40,026 nucleotides of DNA from Bdellovibrionia bacterium. GTDB taxonomy: Bacteria; Bdellovibrionota; UBA1018. Location of the stretch: NCBI GenBank assembly GCA_045805065.1, contig JBJMMA010000247.1, positions 1 to 40,026 of the forward strand, in the 5' to 3' direction. A program made the position numbers and the translations under genes. Shown in pieces: positions 29,357 through 37,126 of this stretch. Under the pieces are notes generated by a model. That model was not told the DNA's origin, searched no databases, and saw only the letters and a list, made by a program, of their open reading frames with translations. Each line of letters opens with the position of its first letter. Within the stretch, counting starts at the first letter, position 1.

Positions 29357-32238
29357 TTCAGTGCCTCATTCAGATACTGGGTGACGCAAGCCTTGAGCGC
29401 GTCCTCACGAGCCAATCCTTTGCGAAGATTGTTATAGGTTGGAGGAGCTCCCCCACTCAACTTCAGCAACGCCGGGTGCTGTTTCCAATGAGGCTGGCTC
29501 AAGACATCTGACTGTAAATGCCCCAACACCTGGGCCTGCGCAAAGTCAGCTTCAGTGTCTTTCCGTCTCAGAAGCTCTTCGATCCACTCCGGGCGATCGC
29601 TCCAGTGAGACTTAGAGAGAACGCTTTTCATAATCGGTACGTCTGCGTGCCCTCTTTTTAGAATCGTCTCAACCCATTCAGGATGGCCCTTACTTTCGGG
29701 CAGTGAAAGAACGTGATTCGCAATTGCAGCGTCGACACGAGGATCATTTTTGATCAGCAGTTGCTTGACCCATTCGGACCATTGAGGATGATTCACCCAA
29801 TGTGGCCTCGAAAGCACATTTTCCGCAAGCCTCTGATCAGCAGACCCACGTCGAATGAGAGTCTCAACCCAATCACTCCGATTTTTCCATTCTGAATTAG
29901 AAAGAATAAAGGTCGCTATCTCCTCATCTGCAGATCCCTTTCTCATGAGAGCCTCCAACCGCTCAGGCTGGCTCTGCCAATGAGATTTTGAGAGCACCCG
30001 GGTGACGATCTCTTTATCCAGAGTCCCTCTTTCGAGATAGGCATCCAGCCACTCGGTATGCTTCTGCCAGTGAGGCTGCGATAGAATCCGGGACAGAATG
30101 AAGCCATCAGCTGTGCCTTTTTTGATGAGCGTTTCCACAAGCTCTGGATGTTTTGCCCAGTGCGGCTCAGAGAGGACCGTCGATGCGATCGCGCTATCCA
30201 CCGAAACGTTTCCTCTCTCGATCAATGTGCGTACCCATTCCGGATGGTCCTGCCAGTGAGGTTTCGCAAGAACCTCGCACAATTCCATTCCGAGATTTCC
30301 TGTTTTGACATAGTAGTCTATAATTTTTTGAACGAACTCCGGATGATTCCTCCATTGCGGCTGAGTAAGAAGATTTCTCGCAATTTCGGAATTAAAGCTG
30401 TTTTTGTCCATGTCCAGAAAAGTATTGATCCACTCTGGATGATCCTGCCAAAAAGGATGATCCAGAGTGTGCGAGACTAACTCTGAGTGCACGTTTCCTT
30501 TCATGAGAAGCGTCTCAATCCACTCGGGATGATTTCGCCATTGCGGCTTCGTCAATAGGGTCTTTACGAACCAACCGTCCGCATTTCCTTCTTTTACCAA
30601 GGCGCTGGCAAGCTCTGGATACTGAGTCGCGATCGGCAGGGTAAACCACTCGGCCAAGGCAGGAGTGATCTGACCAGTTTTAGTCTTCGTTATTTCGTTT
30701 CTTAATATCGCATGGATTTTATCTATGTCATTTTGACTGAGAGCCTGAAGCTTGGCAGCCATTCGCCTTTTGAGCTTCTCAAAAATTCCGCGATCCGACG
30801 CTTGGAGTGGCGCTTTGCCTGATATTTCCCTGGTAGAAAGCATTTCGAAGAGTTCGACGGGCCCGACACTCAAACTCTCAGGGATGACCTTAAGAGCCGC
30901 TTTGTTTTTTATTACGACATAGTCATGGACAGGCCCAGATTCAAAATCAAATCCCTCACGTGCATTGGGATCGAGATGAAATCGAATCGTCAGTCCGGTG
31001 CCGTGTGCGCCTTCTCTTCCTTTTTTTGCGTAAAATCCATTACCGTGCCCAGCCACTTCGCCGACACCTTCAGAACGGGAAATCAGAACATTTGAGTCTC
31101 CAGTATGGGCACGCGTGATGCTTTCATAGGCCAAAAAATTATCGGTTTCGTGCGCGACAATATCTAATCCAAGCTCTTTTGCTGTTTTGCCAGTCCCTTG
31201 TCCTAACGGATGAGTGCGAAGCGGCTCTTTATTCATCCACCAGGCCAGCGAGTCCTGAGTAGTGGCATTGTTCTTAATGGCCACCAACTTTTTTCTGAGT
31301 CCGAGTTGTTCAAGCGTATTCCAGGCGTACTCGATATTGACCGCGTTTTGGAAGAGCTTTTGCCCATTTTTCTCGATCCAGTTCCCGACGTATGGGTTTT
31401 GCGTGTCATGTTGGACATCAAACTCTTGGATCACTTTTTTGATCTGCCCAAGATCCTCGGGTCTGATCTTAAGCTCATATTGAAACGCTTTGGTTAGAAA
31501 GCGGATAGCAGATAAGATCGGAGGATTGCGCCCCTCCTTGGCAAACTTCGTCGACTCATGGAGTGGCGAGAAATAATAGTGCAACATGCCGTCGTGCACA
31601 TCTCTCAAGAAATAAGGTTCTTTGGACTTCCAATCCCTCACGTCGCGGACCACTGCCTCACCTGCTTTGGGCTTTGTGATTTCAATCAACCCCGTCGAAT
31701 TGGAATCCGTATGCTGATTCATGAAATCAGGGTTATTCAAGATGGCTTGCTTATCGCCCATGTCTTGAGTCAGCAGGCGCACTTCCCATGCGGTCTTTCC
31801 GCCCTGAAGATGCGGATATCTTTCCTGGAGCGCTGTTTGAAGCTTTTGAGCTTGCTCGGCGTTTCCATCAATGACGATGTCTAAGTCTTGAGTAGAGCGA
31901 TAGATATTGGTGTAATCGTAGTCAAAGCGATCTTTTTGAAAGCGCTTGTCACCTTTCTCACGTTGCATATCCCACTTCACATAGTGGGCATATCCCGCAG
32001 CCGTTCCGCCAAAGAGCCAGGCCCTAACTCCAAGCCTTGCAGCTTCCTGCTCAATGAACTTAAACTCTTCAACTCGCTTCAGACGATCCGCAATACCTTG
32101 CTCCAGCTCATGAACTGATAAAGGAGAATTGCTCGAATGAGCTTCTTCCGCAACCGCCACCTTCGGCATCAACGCCACTGGCAGCGACAAAGCCGTAAGT
32201 ATAACAATAGACCGGAGGATCCTCAGGCTCGACATCAT
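29353..32238 (-). CDS. secreted NTase-like + ART-like + repeat protein (paralogue 3)
   Basis: Same motifs, about 12 repeats; start moved to 32238 (ATGA overlap with upstream stop). Confidence 0.7.
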   Translation of the reverse strand: MMSSLRILRSIVILTALSLPVALMPKVAVAEEAHSSNSPLSVHELEQGIADRLKRVEEFKFIEQEAARLGVRAWLFGGTAAGYAHYVKWDMQREKGDKRFQKDRFDYDYTNIYRSTQDLDIVIDGNAEQAQKLQTALQERYPHLQGGKTAWEVRLLTQDMGDKQAILNNPDFMNQHTDSNSTGLIEITKPKAGEAVVRDVRDWKSKEPYFLRDVHDGMLHYYFSPLHESTKFAKEGRNPPILSAIRFLTKAFQYELKIRPEDLGQIKKVIQEFDVQHDTQNPYVGNWIEKNGQKLFQNAVNIEYAWNTLEQLGLRKKLVAIKNNATTQDSLAWWMNKEPLRTHPLGQGTGKTAKELGLDIVAHETDNFLAYESITRAHTGDSNVLISRSEGVGEVAGHGNGFYAKKGREGAHGTGLTIRFHLDPNAREGFDFESGPVHDYVVIKNKAALKVIPESLSVGPVELFEMLSTREISGKAPLQASDRGIFEKLKRRMAAKLQALSQNDIDKIHAILRNEITKTKTGQITPALAEWFTLPIATQYPELASALVKEGNADGWFVKTLLTKPQWRNHPEWIETLLMKGNVHSELVSHTLDHPFWQDHPEWINTFLDMDKNSFNSEIARNLLTQPQWRNHPEFVQKIIDYYVKTGNLGMELCEVLAKPHWQDHPEWVRTLIERGNVSVDSAIASTVLSEPHWAKHPELVETLIKKGTADGFILSRILSQPHWQKHTEWLDAYLERGTLDKEIVTRVLSKSHWQSQPERLEALMRKGSADEEIATFILSNSEWKNRSDWVETLIRRGSADQRLAENVLSRPHWVNHPQWSEWVKQLLIKNDPRVDAAIANHVLSLPESKGHPEWVETILKRGHADVPIMKSVLSKSHWSDRPEWIEELLRRKDTEADFAQAQVLGHLQSDVLSQPHWKQHPALLKLSGGAPPTYNNLRKGLAREDALKACVTQYLNEALK

Positions 32239-34841
32239 TTTAAAATCCGATCGAGATTTTGAGTAATGCACGCGCCGGAGGAAACTCTGAAATAAGTCCC
32301 GTCCTCCGTTTTATAGACATGCAAGAGCGCCTTGACCGTAGGATCCTTGTCGCCGACGATTCGGCGCAAACCAGGATGACTTTTCCAGTGAGGCATCTCG
32401 AGAACCTCACTCAACTTCCATTCAATATCCTGCCATTGTTCGATGTCTCTCGGATCAGCTCTCATCACATATCCAGCATATTTGATGTCTTTAGCGCCGG
32501 CATATTTTCGCTTAAACAGATCTTCGACCCACTCTGGATGGTTTTGTGATACTGGGGCGTCGAGAACCAGGCCAGCAATACCCCGGTCGATGAGCGGATC
32601 ATTCTTCAAGATCAATCGATCCACCCACTGTGCCCATTGCGGATCACTCTGCCAGTGAGGCTGAGTGAGAACATAGCCAATGAAGGATTGATCATCGCCT
32701 CCTCGCTCGATCACCTTTTTGACCCAGTCTGGATGCTTTGCAGAGAGAGGATTCGATAATACATGTATATTGATCCATCGGTCTTCTCGCAGCTTCGGAT
32801 CGCTGATGAATCGATCCACCCACTCCGGCTGCTGCGAAAGCCATTGGGGCTGAGAAATCACTTTCTTAATGAGAGCGGGATTCGCCTTACCTGATTCCAG
32901 CAACTCCTCCACAATCTCGGGATGCTTCAGTGCACTTGGAGAGGAGAACCATTGCTCCAGCAAGGGCCTGAAGACGTGCGCACCTTCTGATGACGACGCT
33001 GTCACTATGGCCACTTCTTGTTTGACGAGGTTCAGGATTTTAGTCTGTTCCGATTGGCTCAAGTGAGGATGCCGAGCTTCAAACCACTCTCGGATCCGTC
33101 CCATCACCTTTGAGTCCGCCTCGTTAAATCTCCGTCGCTCGCCAGCAAGCATTCGATAAAACTCGACCGGCCTGAGTTCAATGAGCTCAGGAACCGTATC
33201 CAGCGCCTCTCGAATCAAAGGACTCACCATCACGGTGTCATAATCACGCTTCATGACCAGGGAGCCCGATTTGATTTCCTCTCGGATCATTCGGGCGATT
33301 TCTTTTCTTTCGGCGGAAGAGAGCGCTTGAGCCTTGGAGCGAATGCGCCTCTTGAGTTTTTCGAGCACACCGAGATCGCTTTTCGCAAAGCTTGAGCTTT
33401 CATGCGATAACATCCTGAAGAACTCGACAGGCCCGATATTCAAACTTTCAGGAATGACCTTGAGCGCCGCTTTGTTTTTCACCACGACATAATGTTCGTC
33501 TCCGAGATACTCAAAATCCGCGCCCTCACGAGCATGTGGATCCAAATGAAAACGAATCGTCAGCCCTGAGCCACGGGCGCCTTCGCGACCAACCTTTGTA
33601 TAAAATCCGTCTCCATAGATCGCCTGCTCTCCTGAAGCTCCGCCTCGAGAGATCAGAACATTGGGGTCGCCCGTATGCGCGCGTGTGATGCTCTCATAGG
33701 CCAGAAAGTCTTTTGTCTCGTGAGCCACGATATCAAGACCAAGCTCCTGAGCGGTCTTTCCCTCCCCTTGACCCAGGGGTTGAGTGCGCAGTGGCTCTTT
33801 ATCCATCCACCACGCAAGGGATTCGGACTTACTGATATTGCCATGGATCGCTTGCAGTTTTTCTCTCAGTCCCAATTGATCGAGCGTGTTTTTGGCGTAC
33901 TCAATGTTCACTGCGTTCTGGATGAGCTTTTTGCCGTTCTTCTCGATCCAATGGGCGACGTAGTCATTTTGAGTGTCTCTCTTAGGATCAAACTCATTGA
34001 TGACTTTCTTGATCCTCTCAAGATCTTCGGGTCTCAGCTTGAGTTCATATTGAAAAGCTTTCGTAAGATAGCGGATCGCGGACAGGATCGGCGGATTACG
34101 TCCCTCTTTGGCAAACTTTGTGGTCTCGTGCAGCGGCGAAAGATAATAATGAAGAGCTCCCTCGTGAACGTCCTTCAGAAAGTAGGGCTCTTTAGCTTTC
34201 CAATCTCTCACATCCCTGACGACGGTCTCACCTTCTTTCGGCTTCGTGATTTCAATAAGCCCTGTCGAATTGGAATCCGTGTGCTGATTCATGAAGTCGG
34301 GATTATTTAAAATCGCCTGCTTATCCCCCATGTCTTGCGTGAGGAGCCTTACTTCCCACGCGGTCTTTGATCCTTGGAGATGAGGATATTTTTCCGCCAA
34401 TGCGCTTTGAAGCCTCTGCGCTTGCTCAGCATTTCCATCGATCACGATATCTAAGTCCTGTGTGGAGCGATAGATATTGGTGTAATCGTAATCAAAGCGA
34501 TCTTTCTGAAAGCGCTTATCGCCCGTCTCACGCTGCATGTCCCATTTCACATAGTGAGCGTACCCGGCGGCCGTTCCCCCGAAGAGCCAGGCTCTGACGC
34601 CCAGCTTTGCAGCTTCTTGTTCAATAAACTTGAACTCTTCAACCCGTTTGAGGCGATCGGCGATCCCATGCTCAAGCTCTTGAAGCGATACATTATTGCG
34701 AGCCTGCAGATCTGGGGCTGAGTCAGAAGGCGCAGCACGCACGGAGACAGGCACCCAAAGCAATTGTGGCGCAGTCGTCAGTGCAATCAATACAGCGATC
34801 CGAGATACAGCTCTCAAGGCATCCCTCATCCTTAGACTCAT
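32235..34841 (-). CDS. secreted NTase-like + ART-like + repeat protein (paralogue 2)
   Basis: Same motifs, about 5-6 repeats, duplicated helical linker; ATGA overlap. Confidence 0.7.
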   Translation of the reverse strand: MSLRMRDALRAVSRIAVLIALTTAPQLLWVPVSVRAAPSDSAPDLQARNNVSLQELEHGIADRLKRVEEFKFIEQEAAKLGVRAWLFGGTAAGYAHYVKWDMQRETGDKRFQKDRFDYDYTNIYRSTQDLDIVIDGNAEQAQRLQSALAEKYPHLQGSKTAWEVRLLTQDMGDKQAILNNPDFMNQHTDSNSTGLIEITKPKEGETVVRDVRDWKAKEPYFLKDVHEGALHYYLSPLHETTKFAKEGRNPPILSAIRYLTKAFQYELKLRPEDLERIKKVINEFDPKRDTQNDYVAHWIEKNGKKLIQNAVNIEYAKNTLDQLGLREKLQAIHGNISKSESLAWWMDKEPLRTQPLGQGEGKTAQELGLDIVAHETKDFLAYESITRAHTGDPNVLISRGGASGEQAIYGDGFYTKVGREGARGSGLTIRFHLDPHAREGADFEYLGDEHYVVVKNKAALKVIPESLNIGPVEFFRMLSHESSSFAKSDLGVLEKLKRRIRSKAQALSSAERKEIARMIREEIKSGSLVMKRDYDTVMVSPLIREALDTVPELIELRPVEFYRMLAGERRRFNEADSKVMGRIREWFEARHPHLSQSEQTKILNLVKQEVAIVTASSSEGAHVFRPLLEQWFSSPSALKHPEIVEELLESGKANPALIKKVISQPQWLSQQPEWVDRFISDPKLREDRWINIHVLSNPLSAKHPDWVKKVIERGGDDQSFIGYVLTQPHWQSDPQWAQWVDRLILKNDPLIDRGIAGLVLDAPVSQNHPEWVEDLFKRKYAGAKDIKYAGYVMRADPRDIEQWQDIEWKLSEVLEMPHWKSHPGLRRIVGDKDPTVKALLHVYKTEDGTYFRVSSGACITQNLDRILK

Positions 34842-37126
34842 CGGAGTAACCCATCCAGCTTTTGATGGATGCAGGATCCAACGGGAGCTCTCAGCGAGGT
34901 GCCTCCCTTTTCAAAGTATTTTGTAAGAGCGTCCACCGTAGGATCTTCTCCTCCAGACATGCGGCGCAGATCCGGATGATTCTTCCAGTGGGGTTGACGG
35001 AGAGCTCGATCAATATCCCATCGAAAGGCATCCCAAATCTCTAGCTGGATCTCATCTACGAACCCGGGAGGCCTCTTTCTTTTGATGAGATCCTCCACCC
35101 ACTCGGGATGGTCTTTTGAAGCAGGGTCATGAAGAATTTTGAGTACAATCTCCGAGTCCACGTCGAAATAGTCTTTCGCCAACGTCTTATCAACCCACTC
35201 TGCCCACTTCGGATGACTCTGCCAGTGAGGTTTTGTGAGAGCATAAGAAACCATGTCCTTACCGCTTGTTCCTCGATTCAAAATAAGCTCAACCCACTCC
35301 GGATGGTTTTGCCAGTGAGGCTTGGAGAGAACATTCCTGACAATCGTCCAATCCGAATCCCCCTTTTGAAGTACGGCCTCTACCCACTCCGGATGGCTCT
35401 GCCATTCCGGTCGTCCCAATATTTTTTCCGCGACCCAGAAGGTTACGTTTCCCTCTTTCAGCAAGCCTTTCGCAATCTCCGGGTACTGAGTTGAGACTGG
35501 AATGGTAAACCATTCCTCGAGCGCTGGAGTGATTTTATGGTTTTTGGTCTTGAGTATCTCGCTTCGCAAGATCGTAAGGATCTTCCCAATGTCATTTTGA
35601 CTGAGTGCTCGAAGCTTGGCACCGATTCTTCTCTTGAGCTTCTCAAGAACTCCGCGATCTGAAGCTTGAAGCCCCAGATTGCTTCCCGCCTCTTGAGCGG
35701 CCAGCATTTCAAAGTATTCGACGGGGCCAATATTCAAGCTCTCTGGAATGACTCGGATCGCCGCTTTGTTCTTGATGACGACGTAGTCTTCTTGAGGCAC
35801 GCGGAAAAAATCGACTCCCTCTCGTGCATGAGGATCCAGACGAAAACGAATCGTCAACCCGAAGCCGCGGGCACCTTCGCGCCCCGCCTTGGTATAAAAC
35901 CCATCCCCATGGATAGCAGCCTCGCCCGGTGCGCTATCGCGAGAAACCAGGACATTGGAATCACCCGTATGAGCGCGCGTGATGCTTTCGTAGGCCAGAA
36001 AGTTCCTGGTTTCATGCCCGACAACATCCAATCCAAGTTCCTTAGCAGTTTTTCCAGAACCTTGCCCAACGACGCTCGTACGTAATGGTTCTTTATTCAT
36101 CCACCAAGCCAGGGAATCTACGGTTTTCGCATCATTCTTGATCGCCTGAAGCTTTTTCCTGAGTCCAAGCTGCTCAAGCGTATCCCAGGCGTATTCGATA
36201 TTGACCGCATTTTGAAAAAGCTTTTTTCCGTTTTTCTCAATCCAATTTGCTACGTAAGAATTTTGAGTGTCTCTTTTAGGATCAAACTCATCAATCACCT
36301 TTTTGATCCGATCCAGATCTTCAGGTCTAAGCTTGAGTTCATATTGAAAAGCTTTCGTAAGATAGCGGATCGCGGACAGGATCGGAGGATTGCGCCCTTC
36401 CCGGGCGAACTTCGTCGTCTCGTGCGCCGGCGAAAAATAGTAATGAAGTGCGCCATCATGGACGTCTTTCAGAAAGTAAGGCTCTTTAGCTCGCCAATCT
36501 CTCACATCCCTGACGACGGACTCTCCTGCTTCCGGCTTTGTAATTTCAATCAGGCCCGTCGAATTGGAATCCGTATGCTGGTTCATGAAGTCGGGGTTAT
36601 TTAAAATCGCCTGCTTATCCCCCATGTCTTGCGTAAGCAGTCTCACTTCCCAAGCTGACTTTGATCCTTGAAGATGGGGATACTTTTCCGCCAATGCGCT
36701 TTGAAGCCTCTGAGCTTGCTCGGCGTTTCCTTCAATGACGATATCTAAATCCTGAGTGGAACGATAAATATTGGTGTAGTCGTAGTCAAAGCGATCTTTT
36801 TGAAAACGCTTGTCACCCTTCTCACGTTGCATATCCCACTTCACATAATGAGCATACCCGGCTGCCGTCCCGCCAAAGAGCCAGGCTTTCACTCCAAGTC
36901 TTGCCGCCTCTTGCTCGATGAACTTGAACTCTTCGACTCGCTTGAGTCGATCGGCGATCCCATGCTCAAGCTCTTGAAGTGTCGGAACTGTTTCAGTTTG
37001 AGCGCTCGCGCTTAAATCAGCGGGCGCAGCATGCACGGACGCAGGCACGCAAAACATCTGCGACGCAGCCAGAAGCGAGACCAAAACAGAGGTCTGAGAA
37101 ACCCTTCTCAAACGTGCTCTCACCAT
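34838..37126 (-). CDS. secreted NTase-like + ART-like + repeat protein (paralogue 1)
   Basis: Same motifs, about 5 repeats; start moved to 37126 (ATGGTGA overlap with upstream stop). Confidence 0.7.
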   Translation of the reverse strand: MVRARLRRVSQTSVLVSLLAASQMFCVPASVHAAPADLSASAQTETVPTLQELEHGIADRLKRVEEFKFIEQEAARLGVKAWLFGGTAAGYAHYVKWDMQREKGDKRFQKDRFDYDYTNIYRSTQDLDIVIEGNAEQAQRLQSALAEKYPHLQGSKSAWEVRLLTQDMGDKQAILNNPDFMNQHTDSNSTGLIEITKPEAGESVVRDVRDWRAKEPYFLKDVHDGALHYYFSPAHETTKFAREGRNPPILSAIRYLTKAFQYELKLRPEDLDRIKKVIDEFDPKRDTQNSYVANWIEKNGKKLFQNAVNIEYAWDTLEQLGLRKKLQAIKNDAKTVDSLAWWMNKEPLRTSVVGQGSGKTAKELGLDVVGHETRNFLAYESITRAHTGDSNVLVSRDSAPGEAAIHGDGFYTKAGREGARGFGLTIRFRLDPHAREGVDFFRVPQEDYVVIKNKAAIRVIPESLNIGPVEYFEMLAAQEAGSNLGLQASDRGVLEKLKRRIGAKLRALSQNDIGKILTILRSEILKTKNHKITPALEEWFTIPVSTQYPEIAKGLLKEGNVTFWVAEKILGRPEWQSHPEWVEAVLQKGDSDWTIVRNVLSKPHWQNHPEWVELILNRGTSGKDMVSYALTKPHWQSHPKWAEWVDKTLAKDYFDVDSEIVLKILHDPASKDHPEWVEDLIKRKRPPGFVDEIQLEIWDAFRWDIDRALRQPHWKNHPDLRRMSGGEDPTVDALTKYFEKGGTSLRAPVGSCIHQKLDGLLR

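Noticed and set aside
28577..36604. Recurrent similar plus-strand ORFs inside the paralogues
   Set aside because: They recur only because the sense-strand genes are duplicated, and they are interrupted differently in each copy
26861..37126. Housekeeping CCA-adding enzyme or pcnB call
   Set aside because: Four secreted copies, RRD and EDxxR motifs replaced, and extra ART-like and repeat domains
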